Below are positions 11,492-25,683 of a stretch of 64,000 bases of DNA, in pieces. Each line of letters begins with the position of its first letter. The first letter of the stretch is position 1. Under the pieces are notes generated by a model, which saw nothing but the letters and a program-made list of their open reading frames with translations, was not told the origin of the DNA and ran no database searches. The stretch is from Gonapodya sp. JEL0774 (Eukaryota), in NCBI GenBank assembly GCA_027604505.1, contig JADIIX010000091.1, forward strand, positions 1 to 64,000, written 5' to 3'. A program made the translations under genes and the position numbers.

Positions 11492-13108
11492 TCTGCTGTG
11501 TGGAGTTCCGGAATCAGCGGGGGGTAAGGAGAGGGAAAGAATGTTTGGCGTTGAGTAGAAAGTGACACAAACTTGAACCAAGCCCAGCCAGACAAAATTT
11601 CGAATTACTGTAATATTTTCAGTATTATTCAAATGACGCAGAACTTTACGATGTAACGAAAAAAGGCTTCTTTCTCCAGTCCGAGCTCTCCATCTGAGCG
11701 GATTCATGGTTAGCTCGTATCGTTACCGGGTTGCTGAAGAACGTCCAGTTGACTGCAGATAAGGCGTAGTAGTCCGATCCATGTGACAGCGTTACGTCAT
11801 CTGTGGCTGAAAGTTTGCGTCGGCACTCTCACAGGGAATTCTCAAGCGTAGGCAACGTCAACACAGTGAAATCCCTTCCATGAGGCTCTCAGCTAGCGCT
11901 CATTTCATTCTATCTCCGATTTCACATTTGAACAAATTTGTTTGGGAAGAGGCGATGACCGTGTACTAAGGCATGGCAGCTTTCCCACGCTTTTGCGGAC
12001 CCGAGAATGATAATTCGATTGCCGATGCCACCACATACTTATTTGAGTACGTTGTCATCAGATAGACTGTATTGTAAGTGCCACCATACGTAATTTTCTT
12101 GATTTCGCACTCTGTACATTAGCTGGTCCTGTCGAACACAGTCACCGCAGCGGTCCATACTATCCACAATATCTTGTAAAGGAGCTTCAAGGAATTATAG
12201 TGATGATCTTCTACATTTCCAATTGGTCTTTGTCATTCTCATGGTCCTTTTACCGGAGAATATGGTGGGCGCAACCCTAAGCCATTTTCGATTTCAAAAT
12301 TTCATTACATCTCAAGTATTAGTCTGACGATACAATTGGAGCATTATCTAGCTATTTAGAACATTCTAATCAATCTCATCAGTCGGTTTCTTGTCAACTG
12401 CTTGGTCGTGGACTTGACCCAAACCCTGTCCAGCGACAATGGGGTTAGTACGTCAAGAGCGCTGGGGATGCGTGGAGTGGGATTATTTGTGCGGATTACT
12501 CCACCAATCATAGAAAGAGTGATTTTGAGTTGGTTTCGAAGGTGTCATCATGGTGCAGGTCCGACGTGTTCTGCTCCGGCCGATGGGATTTACTCACCTC
12601 TGAGCCAACGATTTCCACCAATCCTTGCGCCCCTGAGAGTTCCGTCAGTCGCGCACAGTTCGTGCTTGATTTGAGCTCCTTGCATCCGCCTCCAAGGACC
12701 TACATACTCGCAGCCAGAAACTGCACGCATGCGGGATTAACGGGCAAAATGTCTCGTAAACTGGTCTGGGATGGAGAAAACTGTCGATGGAGCAGCAGAA
12801 AACCCTCCGGGACAGAAAATGGGAGATGCAGGAAAACCAACACCAGCCGAGCTCAACAATAAGATTATGGGGTCAAATCAAGACCCCTTTTTTCCACTTC
12901 TGAATCAGCCAAAAACAGCCTTTTTAATGTAGTTTTAATATGCTCTTGCGTTTAATTACCAAAAATTGGTTTGTGGAGGTGTGGGATGGTTGTGGCAGTT
13001 GAGTGGGTCGGCTAAGGGAGGCAGGCAGGCGCCATATGAGGAGAAACCCAATTGACCCTGGCGAAGTGTTCGGTTCCGGAGAATCGCTGAATCGCAAATT
13101 TCAATCAA

Positions 13109-14725
13109 ATGTCAAGCGATTCTTTATTTGTCTTCGACCAGACTCTAGAAAAACTCCTGAAGATTGGTCCGGATCGATGGGCGGTGCAGCTGGATTCTAA
13201 GTGGGCGGGTCCGTTCAACAGGTTGGTGATCGACGTCCGGAGTTGTGCGAATAAAACGGGATTTCTGACATCATAACCGATATTCGGTCCATTTTCAAGT
13301 CCTCATGGGTACGTTTTGCTCTCCTTATCTTCTCCGGCATGTTATCGGGCCTCTTGGGTTTAATGTAAAATTCGATTCCGGATCCAACATCGGATCAGTG
13401 GGTACCTCTCGGCTATAGCTCACCGGGCGCTCCGCTTGGCACTCTCTCCGTCGCATCCACGCGCTGTCACTGCTTCCTTCTCTTTCCTTACTACCATCGC
13501 GGCCGATGAGTGTGTCGAGATTCTCGTTCAGGTGCTCAAGAAGGGCAAGAGCTATGTCTACGCCAGGGTGGACATTTTCGTGGCAACAGCTGAGTCGAGA
13601 AAAGTCCTCCATGTTGGAGGACAACCCAAGCGTGGTGTGAAAGAGGGAGACCCCGTATTGACCGGCCAAGGTATGGTTGTTAACTAAATGCAAGAGTGCT
13701 GTGGTTCCTCCACATCACGGACGTCTTCTCCGTACACAGTGGTATTCCAGTCACCTGCAGTGCCCAATTCTGCCTCTCAATCAAAGCCAAAAGTGACTGC
13801 TCACGCCTCACCACCTTACGTCCTCCCAGATTCGTACAACGAGCCACCCTCCAAATCCAATAAGGATGTGAGTACCGTTTGCCCGCTTTGTTGTTTTTGG
13901 GAAAATTCTTCCATGTTCTTGTCCTGTTTCTCACCCTCCTTCCTGATCTCGCAGCTGTACGTGGACTTCTATAAGACTCTTTGTCCCGCCAGTGGATGGG
14001 GTCCGGGTGCTGCTTTTGACCGCCAGTTTCAATATTGGTGTCTCAAGGGAGCCGCTGAGACAACCATGAGTCAAATCGCGGATATAAGGGCCAAGGCTGC
14101 CGCCAGTCGGATCGCAGACTCCTCCGCTACCGCTAGCCTCGTGTCGCAAGGATGGTCCACCGGATCCGACTTATGGTACTGGGCAGCTCACGCCGACGAT
14201 CGTCCTCTCACATCTGAATCCCTCACTCTGTTTGCCGATGGTTGTCACCCTGTCAATTACGGACTTCTCTATACCCGTGGCGGTATCGCACTCACGCCTC
14301 CCAAAACTCCCGGGATGATGGCGTTCGCCCCGAACCAGACGATTGCGATGGATGTGCGGTACTTTCAGGATCTGGACAATGCGCCAAGTATGTGGATGAA
14401 GTCGAGTGCTCAGGCAGTGGCGCAGGTTGGAGACAGTGTTGAGTGAGTGGCCGTTTCAACCGTTCTCACGAATTTTTTTTGATTACCAAATGAGTTTCAT
14501 TTTTCTTCATTTTTTGACGCAGACTCGAAATTACGATGTGGACTGCAGATGGGAAAGTCGCTGCGATAGGACGGCAGATAGCAGTCGGTGAGTGATCAAA
14601 CGTGGTTGCACAAGCCACCCCGACTTCCTTCCCCAGTTGAATCTCACAAACGTCTATCCATCAAAGCCCGCGCAATCGAAATGCCTGACGGAACATACCA
14701 AACGCCAGTAAAAGCAACGTTGTAG
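13109..14725 (+). CDS. Thioesterase-like (double hotdog fold) protein
   Basis: Spliced W..PHGGYLSAIAHRA (uses 9-nt micro-exon 13300-13308), HPRAVTASFSFL..VQVLKKGKS, LFADG and EITMWTADGKVAAIGRQ. Ends in -KATL. Confidence 0.75.
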
Positions 14726-14809
14726 CTAGACTGTTTAAGAGATGTTCATTGTGTTTCGTCTAGCGGTTCACAGGTCAAATTGACATTACACGGACTGCAT
14801 AAAGTACCT

Positions 14810-16476
14810 TCACGACCGCAGCCTAATGTGCCCCCCACGCATTCGTCTCCACATCCACACCGCACAGCCCTTCACAACTCCCCACAAGTCACGAAATACT
14901 GCCACGACCGGATTTGCCTTCCCTCTCTTTTGAATCCTATCTATCCGTAGCCTATGCGTCCCATCCACACACGTGGCTACGCAGGCTACCGTGGCGATGA
15001 GAGAAGCAAGAGCTACAGCGGAGGCGATAAGGTAAATGATGATAACTTGGTCTGACGTGAGCCGCGCGAGCATTTGATAGTCAGCAGGACCAGAGCCATT
15101 ATCGTCACACTGCAAGAATTATTCGGCAATTCGAAGGGCTTACTCACAATTGACAGCTTCCAGCACAGGAGCGCCGGCAAGAATTTGACCTGACATCATC
15201 TGCGATCACGGAATTGCATCAGAGACCATTTCGCGCAAGAAAAAAATTGCTAGCTCACGCACTCCGGGAATTGCAATCATTCCGGTGATGGACATACTCA
15301 TAAGTCCGGGTAAAAGCCCGACCCGGACCGCCTCCGTTATCACAGGACGTGCTGGTAGCACGTAATATATATCAGCATGTAAGCGCACGACCTAAAATAA
15401 CAGAAAAAAAGAAACGCACCAACTTCCCAACGGTTTGCTCCGAGAGCCAGCATGTACTGGAGAATGGGAACATAGTATATATTGTCATCTGTGTATCACG
15501 GCGCTTGCTGTACAGATTAGCAATTACGCACCTCAATTCTATCTCTCCTGTCCATAAACTGTGTGAGGCAGGTGGTGATGGACACTGCGACACCCGTCAT
15601 GGAGTTCCCAAGGAGCATCCCATACTGAAAAAGTGTCAGCGCGGGAAGTCATGTGTCAACGACATCTAGAACGATGAAAGGTACTACTTACCGCGGGTAT
15701 AAATCGTCGAGCTTCGTAGAATGGCCGTGCGTTCATTGCTGCGAGCATTCCCGGTGAGTCCTCCCGATGGTCTCTGTTCGTCACAATCACATGCTTCACA
15801 TACCGAAACCAACGCCCAATGCGGAGACCAGCCCCACGCTGACAAACAGAGAGAAGAATATAATGACCACCTCTCCCGTGAAGGTGAACTTCGCTTTGTT
15901 GTAGACAACCTCGACAACGGCCAATGTCATCAAGACCACTGAAAGACGGAAGGTCTGGTCTGGCACGACGAAGACGAAGAGCCGGAAACATGAGATGCTG
16001 GTCCTTACTTGCTATCATGAAAACAAGCCAGAAAGAATCAGCTTGCTCGAAGACCGGGCTCAACACGTATCCCTGAGCGAAACAAGGAGTCCGGCACAGG
16101 CTGAGTACGTCGTCTTCATTGCGAATCACTCTGTGAGAATTTTGAGTATTACCATTATGGTCAATTGAAGAATGCATCGAATCGCCGAGGTAACAATCGT
16201 GCGCTCCAGCTTGAGCCCGAGGAGAAGGGAAACCATCGCTGCAGGCGAGATTCCGTATGATTGAAACGGAAAATAGATTGACGTGCACTTGAGTCCACTT
16301 CATCAACCATCCGACATCCAAGAAGTCTCGTGGAGCTCACCATCTGTAGCGAGCATGGATGCCGCAATCGCGACATTTGAGTAGTCCAAGGCATATTGAT
16401 CGGAGTCCCCTCCACTGCCATCCGAAGGTGATGTTCCATTATGGGCCGTCGGGAAGAAAAAGCCTTGTACGGACAT
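14810..16476 (-). CDS. UPF0014 (FetB/YbbM/STAR2-like) membrane protein
   Basis: Spliced GLKLERTIVTSAIRCILQLTIMGYVL, RRFIPA..GMLLGNSMTG and ITGMIAIPGMMSGQILAGAP. Confidence 0.85.
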
Positions 16477-16691
16477 TTCCAAGAGAACGGAATGTGCAGC
16501 GAGCCGCCCGTCCGTCCACTTGACCTCCTGACAGGACCCTTCTCTGCACGATCTCACAACAAGAAGCCCTATTGTTTGCTTTTCTTTTTACATTTACTGC
16601 ACCATCCACTGGCAACTATGTTCACGGTCGTTTGACTAAGTGTGAGTGTCGCGTCTATACTTGAAATGTACATGTACCGAACATCAACAAT

Positions 16692-18800
16692 TTAAACGGA
16701 TTCCTTGAGGAGCTCTGTAATCATTTCCGTTAAAAAGTTAACATCGGCCGGGTCATTACCATTGCCAGCAAGATGGCCCCCTTCAAATTCGTGGAACGGC
16801 GATTTTGAAAGTGATTCGAGACATTCATGAGAAGAGACCATGGTGAGCTCACATATAGATTCAATTGGAGCACAGACGGCATTAGGCATCATGGAGACTT
16901 CAATCTCATTGTCCTTTTGAGTAGGATTGGGATGGTGATGCAACAGAGCCAACCTTCAATTCTGTTGAGCAATGTGAACTCACCTCCGGGGGAAAGTAAA
17001 GATCTGTTCGACCCGGCATCACAACAGCCTTTGCTGTGATAGATGCTAGCGCTCGCGGAAAGTCACCTCCGTACAGTTCGTTGTCAGAGATGTCAGCGTG
17101 CAACCATGTCCAGAGCATGGCGAGGAGGTCGTTGGGGTCCTTTGTGAGCCAGAAGCCTGAACGGTAGACAATAGTTGCACGGAAGTGATCTTCAACAGTG
17201 TTTTCCGACGATGTTGTTACTCACCTTCTCGTGACCCAACCATAAAGTCCTCCAACGACGAATACCCCATTTCGATGTGTTTACCCTCGCGGAACCATGC
17301 CTGGGAAGTCACCCAGCCTGCGTACACGCGAGCAAACGCTCGCATGCCTTTGTGAGGGTAGGTTTGAAACTTGGCATACCTGGTCATGAAGAACAGTAAA
17401 CCGTCGGTCCAACTGGCTCCCCAGAAGAGATAGCATGGGGTTCAAGAAATGCTAACTCACCACCCGTCTCGAAACTCCCCGTCGGCGAGCAGGGCAGCTT
17501 TGACACCCTCCAGGAAAATCTGGTTGTGTACGGATGTCTTGGCGGAACCGCAGAACGGAGCAATGCGCTCGACGAGGTCAGGATATAATGCCGCCCTATC
17601 ATTTTCGGCAACAAGACGATTAGTACAGTCGAAGGCGTGGTGGTAGCAAAAGGATTAATCGTTGTAACGACGTCACTGTTGTGAACCCCGTTTAAGCCCT
17701 GGGAGTTGCGACCCAAGATAATCCGTCTTGAGTTTTTAATACCCTTCATATCGTCCCAAATAGTCCAACACCGAGGTGAATTGAATATGGCAGTTGTTTC
17801 AATTTCCGATGGCACGTACGGGGCTTTCAACTCGGGACTTCATTTTCTCTCATTCGTGCTCCTATCCACACCCACAAGAAGCGTCGAAACTTAGTGACAT
17901 CCATCAAACAGATGGCCGGACTTCTCTCTCCAGATGCTATCAATGAATGCGTGACCCGTTCTTCCGAATCCCAAACAGAGCTTCTCCCTCACCATTGAAA
18001 TGTCTGCTGGGCGCCCATACTCCAGCCCACCACCAGTTTGACCTTTTTCACTCCCAGGCGCTCTGTCACAAGATTGTGTTGCGCGACAACGTTGTCATAG
18101 ACGGTGATGTTTGGGAACCGTGGACCGTAGTACGGTTCTGGAGTGTTGGACGGAGAGGAAGATTGGGATCCACCGAACATGCAGGGAATAATAATGAAGT
18201 AGTCATGGGGATCTATGTATGGAGAAATGAGAGGAGGCGGGGGAAGGGAAAGCGCGTTCGGGGCGTGGTCGGGTAGGGTGAAGAATTAAGGGATTGCTTA
18301 CCTAAAGCCTTCCCTGGTCCGATGAGCCAGACTTGATCCTGCCAAAGTCCCGCATAGCATGTAGGAAACACGATGGCTTTGGTATTTTGATTTAAAATTT
18401 GTCGAGGATTCCACAGAGGCCCAACAACACTGACGAGTGAGAATCTTGACACCGACGGGAGAATCGGTCGAATCATTTACACCCACCATTGTCCCCTGCT
18501 GCGTTGAGCTTCCCGAACGTTTTGTAAGCAAGAACTAGACGCGGAAGAGAGCCTCCTGTCTGAAACTTGAACTGGACAAGGTCGTGGAACTCGGTCCCGT
18601 CCTAGCAGCACGACGATTGCATGTGCCAGGAAGAGCCACCGAATTTAGATGTCAGGGCAATTCATGCAAATGCAGATAATGAGAGAAATGGCGTGAAACT
18701 CCGCTCCACCAATCCTAGTCCAGCAACGCACCCCAAGGCCCGATGGAGGTGGAGCACTTGTGAAAGACGGTGCTGCGGGGTTGGAAATAAGTGGCTGCAT
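16692..18800 (-). CDS. Homoserine O-acetyltransferase (MetX)-like alpha/beta hydrolase
   Basis: [31 protein letters not shown], nucleophile motif GWSMGAQQ, acid motif TDLYFPPE and His motif WGHLAG, spread over several exons. Start codon tentative. Confidence 0.85.
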
Positions 18801-18987
18801 ATGTCGCGAAGGTTCGATAGCGTGGGAGTAGAAGGTTTGGCAATTCTGCTGCCCCTCCCTTTCTTCACCTCGTCGATCGGCGGACCGAGCGGGCCGAACA
18901 CATTTTTTCAGTATGATTTGCTTTGTGACCTTGATGACGCAATCCATAGGGAAGATGTTTGAAAAAGCTCACTGCTATGATCTATTT

Positions 18988-21519
18988 TCATTTATGGAGC
19001 CAGTCACGGCGCTTCCCATTGTCGCATAATATCTCATACGCCCACACCACATCTTTGAACTTGCGCTCGGCGTCGGGTCTCTCCTCCTGCGGACACTTGT
19101 CTGGGTGCCATCGGAGCGCAGCCTTTCGATACGCCTGCTTGATTTCGGCCTCGGTGGCACTGTGCAAGACTCCGAGAACAGAGAACGGGGAGAGGGCTGG
19201 AGGGACGTTTGCAAGCAGTGACTGAACAGTGACAAGATGTTCTTGATATTCTGTGGGACGAAAATCGGACACGGCAGAGTGCGGCGAGTGAGCCAAGCTC
19301 TACCTTTGATAACATCATTGTCTTGGACAACCTTTGCTCGCTCACCTTTCCACTTTGTACTCCCCTTTTCCTCCATCGCCACGCACCACTCCCAGTCTGC
19401 TTTGCTTTCCTTTAACATGCTGCTGTTTTGGTACGCGGCTGCCCTTCTTGCCATCACGCGAATGAAGGTCGCTTTATGCGCGAACCCCCACAAGCATGAA
19501 TGTGAAGAGGTCAAAGATGCCAAATGAGTTTTGGTATTTGATGCCAAAAGGGCGAGAAGACGAAGAGATACGGTTGAATAGTGGATTACAGTTCTCGAGT
19601 CCACCTTGTCCACGATTCCCGTAGAGGGATTGAGATTTCACAATGGAGGAGATTACTTCATCAATTTCGGGGACACCGCACTCGAGCAGTACGAGAACTC
19701 ACCCCCGCGGCAAGATTCCCCACTAACTTCGCCCCAACGGCACCCAACTTCCACGCCTTGTTCCTCCACGAAGCATCGTCGCTCTGGCCAGCGTCTGCCC
19801 ACCAGAACCCACCGCCGCCCAAGATGACACCGTTTTTTCCCGATGACAGGGGATGGTACCGGGATTCTCCGATTTCGTCCATAGATTTCAGACACTTTTC
19901 CCACGCTTTTCGTGCCTGTACTCTTTTTCCCGCGTCGAACAGGCGTTTTGCCCTCTCTCTGCCCTTCGAGACTTTCTCGATAATAGTGATCATGGAACTT
20001 GCCTCTGGGAATGCGCGTCGTCCCTTTATGGCTTCGTCGAGCACTTGCAGAGCTTTTGAAGCAGAATTCTCTTCTTCGTCCGCGAGAAATAAGGCCATGG
20101 CCCGGAGGAAATGCCACCGCCCGTCAGAGCTCCCGTCCGCCAGTTCCTTGTCACACACGGCCACGACATCCGCATACCGGCATCGAGCAAGCAACGTCTG
20201 TGCAACAAAAAGTCTCACCAGCGTGGGAACAGAACCGGCATTGAGTGGTGCGGATGCCACCGAGGCGCCTTTGGGGTCGAGCTCCCGAGCGATCTCACGT
20301 CCCATAGTCTCTGCCTCCTCGTAGAAGCCATCCTCCGCGAGATCGATGGCCTTGTCCACGAGTTCTGTTACACGGATCACCCGCCGCTCTTCTTCTTCAA
20401 ATGCCCCACCAGACTCCACGGCGCACACCTTGCGGCCTTTTCGAATGCACGCGTCGGCAGCATCCCAGTGGCCCAAACTGAGATTTGCTCTGGCGGCGCG
20501 CGCGTGGACCTTTTCCAGCTTGGGATCGAGTACAATGGCTGATTTGGCGCTGTTAAGGGCGTCTTGGTAGCGGTGGAGGCGGAGAAGGGCGGCAGAGAGG
20601 TTCAGGTGAAGTAGGGCGGTAGGGTGGAGAGCTGGGTTGGCGATGAAGTAAATCAAGTTTCGAACATAAAACGTTATCAAATGGAGCATAGTCCAAAGCA
20701 CAATGAATTATTTCGCTTACGCACCAATACCTTCGTTGTATGCTGCAATCGCTTCCTCGGTGTGGCCTGTTCGGTACAGTCGGTTGCCCTCATCTTTCAA
20801 TCTGGTGGCTTCACTTTCCTTCTTCAGCTTCTCCGCCGCCTCGAGCTCGGCCTTGGCCCTGGCGGCGTCTTTTCTCGTTATTTCAGCCGCCGCCGCTGCT
20901 TCACGGGCAAATTTCGGCTTGGCCTCCCTCTCGCTCGCTGTGGCCTCCTCAAGCTCCTGATCCTTGTCCTGTGTCTTTTGAGGAATCGCTGCTTGATGCT
21001 GTGGTTGCTCGATGGCTTTTGGCTGTGTTGAAAGGTCATTGGGAATGATGGCTGCGGGTATCAACGACGGTGCTTGAGTTTGAAGGGGCTGTGGTGGAGC
21101 CCACCGCTGACTATAGAAGTCGTTGACTTTTCGTGTGCACAAGTAGCAGAGAGGCGTGGTTGGGAATTGACCAAAAGGAATTCGTGCATGGTGAGGTAGG
21201 GGCTTGTCTTGCTTGTATCTGCATGTTGATGAATGTCATGTGCGCGAAGCACCAAATGAGAAGAACGAACGAATGACCATCTCATGAAGGATTCCTTGGA
21301 TCCACTTTCCCCCCTTTAGCGAGCATCAACAAAGCAAGGACGGAAAACGTACGGAAACACGTATACTCCACACGTGGGGCAATTGCAGCCTTTGTTGGCC
21401 CATGACCAGGAACTCTCCCAAGCGGTTCCGCACGGCGCGGGGCAGAAAAAGTGTCCGTACGCTCTGGCTCTGCCTTGATACGGAGTTAAAGGTACGGTGT
21501 TTGCGCCTAGATGGAACAT
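18988..21519 (-). CDS. 3CxxC zinc finger + TPR repeats + C-terminal DnaJ domain (DNAJC7-like fusion)
   Basis: LTPYQGRARAYGHFFCPAPC..WESSWSWANKGCNCPTC..VFP|YKQ..LCYLC, joined by intron 21219-21352. TPRs: ATRLKDEGNRLY..AIAAYNEGI and LNLSAALLRLHRYQDAL. J-domain: FSVLG..IKQAYRKAALRWHPDK. Confidence 0.8.
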
Positions 21520-22569
21520 TGATGAAGCAGTGATCGTGTCAGGGAGCCCCTTGAAGACAAGGGTGCTGGCTATGGGAAGACGCTTAAACTTAAACCCGAC
21601 GGGAGCTCCGCATGCATGGTATTGCCATCCCATGGGAATTGATCAAAACGTAATTTCATGAAACGTCAGTTTCCAATATGCTCGTAGTTTGTCGCCGAAC
21701 ATACAGGTTATATGTGGGTGGCTGACAGTTGCAACTGACTGGTCCGTTGGTCAGAGACTAGTTAGTAATGTAAATGCAGCTGTGGTTACAAGATGCTTTG
21801 GCTTTTGGCGACAAGCTTAGGCTTGCAGCCGATAACGATTCTGTTGAAATGAATTCTGGTCAGAGACAAACTACAAATTCTGAGTTCTCGGACTTCCTAG
21901 ATTCTTCTGAGCATCCCGAGTGTATTTCGCGTTGTCATTAGTGCAGGTGCTCCCGACGAGTCATTGCGAGATGTTCTAGCTGGTGGTAACGGGTTCCAAC
22001 TTTCATGTGCACATACGTTCTCAATGCCCATCCTTGGACCAGAGACCAGGGATCCTCTCTCGACGATGAAAACGGGCAAATTAGTGATACCGAGTGTTCT
22101 TCATTCGAAAGCTGAAAGACATCACCCTCGGTGAACTCGCTGCCACATTGCGCAAATCGATTCTGACACCGCCCGTCTACAAGCAGTCGCACTCCCTGCC
22201 AAGACAGCCCTCATGGTGAGAGCAATTCAATCTCTTGAGCTCGGGCTTGCCCCATATCGTTGGGAGATCCAGTCTGGGCACCGGCGAATTTCTAAGATGG
22301 GAGCGCCTGAACCCCACCACGGCATGTGGCAGCAATCTTCATCATATGACATCTTTGATCGAATTCGTTCTTTGGCAGCAAACTTCCAGCATAGTGTTCT
22401 TGTCAATTTTATGAGCTTAGAAGGGTGGAGCTTGGGCCCAAGGGTTTCAAAAGAGCCGAGTGGGAAAAGCGCCGCTACCTGGTTATCAAGCTTCTATAAA
22501 ACCCGAACATCGACAACGCCCACACGGTCCCAGCGAAACTTCTTTATATATTTTTGCAATTTCCAATCG

Positions 22570-25500
22570 ATGACTGCCCAAAACGGACACCAATCGTTTA
22601 CGGACGTCGATAGGAAGGCGGTCAACACCATCCGCGTGCTGGGTGCGGACACCGTCACCAAGGCCAAATCTGGACATCCTGGAGCCCCAATCGGATGCGC
22701 GCCCATGTCCCACGTGCTCTTCACCAAATTCTTCAAAGCGAATCCCAAAAACTCTCACTGGGTGAGTGTTTGCGGACGGACGGGGCCCTTATCCTCGCTT
22801 CTACTTGGGGAGAGTTTTGTTCAATTCGCCGAACCAACACGGACTGATTTCGACTCCTTTGGTCTCGCTTGCTTCTTCACTGATGATACAATGTTCGCGA
22901 TGGCTGCGATTAGTTCAACAGGGATCGTTTCATCCTGTCCAACGGGCACGGCTCGGCTCTCCAATATGTGATGCTTCACCTCCTCGGGTACAAGGTCAGC
23001 ATTGAAGACCTCAAGTCATTCCGTCAGATGGGCAGCAAGTACGTATGAGATAATCGAACGAGGGCTGAAACCAATTGAGAATATCTTTCTCTAACATAAC
23101 TTGACCATTCACATCAATCTTGAATAATCCTCCTTCTCCCACCAATTGCTCAATCAAACAACACCCTCACATCTCCATCCTCCGATCCGCCATCTCTCCA
23201 GCACTCCAGGGCACCCGGAAGTACACTTCACCGATGGTGTTGAGGTGACCACCGGTCCCCTCGGCCAGGGCATCTCCATGGGTGTCGGTCTTGCCGCCGC
23301 CGAGCGTCACCTCGCCGCCACCTTTAACAAGCCAGACTTCCCCGTCGTGGACAACAATGTCTTTGTGATGATCGGTGATGGGTGTTTCCAGGAGGGCGTC
23401 GCCTGCGAGGCTGCCTCCATGGCCGGTCACTTGAAGCTCGGCAACCTCATCGTCCTCTATGATGCCAACAACATCCAAATCGACGGTACGGCTTGGCTCT
23501 CGGTGTTTGTTCACCGCGAAAGCATCTTCAGATTCCGTTAATGCTCATCATTCCCACCATTGCAATTGCTTCTCCTTTTACCATTAATTGGGACCAGGTG
23601 AGATTGACCTGACCTTCACCGAAGACGTCAATGCCCGTCATGAAGCCTACGGGTGGCACACCCAGACCGTCGTCGACGGTGACCATGATCTCGACGGCAT
23701 CGCCAAGGCCATTGAGGCCGCCATCGCCGTCAAGGACAAGCCCTCTCTCATCACCATCAAGTGAGCTGAGATATTTACTTATTGGAGTCCTCGTGGCTCA
23801 TAAAGACGTGAATGTTGATTTCGTGCCTGAACCTACCGCCACCTTCGTGGATCCGGAAATCTTCCCGCACCCTTGCGTATTGTAAAGAACCACAATTGGT
23901 TACGGCTCCAAGAACCAGGGTACCGAAAAGGTCCACGGTGTGCCCCTTGACCCTGCCGACATTGTCGAGATGAAGAAGAAGTTTGGTCTGGATCCCGAAA
24001 AGACCTTCCACGTCGACGAGGATGTGAGTTGTCCCGATATCGACGTCGGATCTCGTGTTGCTCGTACAATGGTACACGGACTCACGACCCTCGGTCTCGT
24101 CCTCCCCCGTCGTGCGCAAACTCGAAGGTTCGTGCTCTGTACGCAGAAGTCTGCGCAAAGGGTGGCAAGGCCGAGGAGGCGTGGAACGCTCTGTGGGACA
24201 AGTACGCCGCCGCGTACCCGGATGATGTACGTACTTTCCCCCCCTTATCGCGTGGAACCCTTCACCCAATTTCTTACTTACCCCACCATATCACCCCCCA
24301 GGCCGCCGAATTCACCCGCCGCATCATCAAGAAGGAGCTCCCCAAGGACTTTGAAAAGGCTTTGCCCAAATACGAAGCCACTGGGCCTGACGTGGCCACC
24401 CGTGTCGCCTCACTCGATTGCCTCAACGCCCTCATGCCGCTGTTCCCCGAGCTTTTCGGTGGATCGGCCGATTTGACGGGATCAAACAGCACTGGTTACA
24501 AGGGGAAGACTGAGTTCCAGCCGGTAAGCAGTGGAATCCTGTGATGAGTGTCGTGTTTGTTTCGTGACGTATGTCTGAAAGTTGCAACAATCGAATATAG
24601 AACAACACCAGGTACGGTGACTACAGTGGTCGCTACGTCCGTTTCGGTGTCCGCGAGCACGGTATGGCTGCTTTCTCCAACGGTGCTGCCGCTTACGGTG
24701 GTATCATCCCATTCAACGCCACCTACCTCAACTTCCTCACCTACGCTGCCGGCGCCGTCCGTCTTTCGGCCCTCAGCCACCACCAAGTCCTCTACATCAC
24801 GACCCACGACTCCATAGCTGTCGGCGAGGACGGACGCACTCACCAAGCAAGCGAAAACATCCCGTGGCTCCGCGCTATGCCGAATTTGCATCTCTTCCGT
24901 CCTGCTGACGGAAACGAGACAGCTGGGTCGTACATTGAGGCTCTGAAGTTCAGGGAGGGACCATCCGTATTTGCTTTCAGCAAGCAAAACCTTCCCCGGT
25001 TAGCTGGTACCAGCGCAGAGAAAGTGGCACTCGGTGCTTACATCTTGTCCGACGTGGCGAAGCCTGATGTTATCTTGATCGCAACTGGCTCTGAGGTGTC
25101 AATGGTGGTTGAGTCGGCGAAGCTCCTCGCCGCGGAGGGAGTCCAGGTATGTGGTTAGAAATCCTGGCATGTATTGTTGTTCTTGCCGTAGACTGACCCC
25201 GATCGTCCACAAGGCTCGTGTGGTGTCCGCCCCTTGCCTTGAACTGTTTGCGAAACAATCTCTGGACTATCAACGATCCGTTCTTCCCGATGGAATCCCC
25301 GTCGTGAGTGCGGAGGCTGCCGGAACATTCGGGTGGCAACGATGGGCGCACGTGAGCCACGGTGTCGACTCGTGGGGTGCGAGCTCGCCCATGGAGGTGA
25401 GACTCGCACAATTATGCTTGTCTTGCCCCCGGGAACGTTTTCTCACTTGCGTTGTGTGACTTTGTTGCAGCACATTTTCCGCAAGTTCGGATTGGTACCA

Positions 25501-25683
25501 GACATTCACGCACAAAGGGTGAAGAAGGCGATCGAGGTTTGTTGCTCCTTTTGATATTTGCAAGGTCCCACTGAAGTAGTGTACTTACTAAATTTCAACG
25601 CACAGTTCTACAAGACACGCCCCGTACCAACTCTCATCTTCAACGCCTATGAGCTGTTAGGAAAGGCTGTCACCGAGGATTAA
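22570..25683 (+). CDS. TKL1: Transketolase (multi-exon)
   Basis: [70 protein letters not shown] and [11 protein letters not shown]. Confidence 0.97.

Noticed and set aside
12869..12893. GGGGTC-loop-GACCCC followed by a T-run, resembling a rho-independent terminator
   Set aside because: The locus is eukaryotic and intron-rich; a 6-bp stem can arise by chance and no bacterial-type gene lies upstream.
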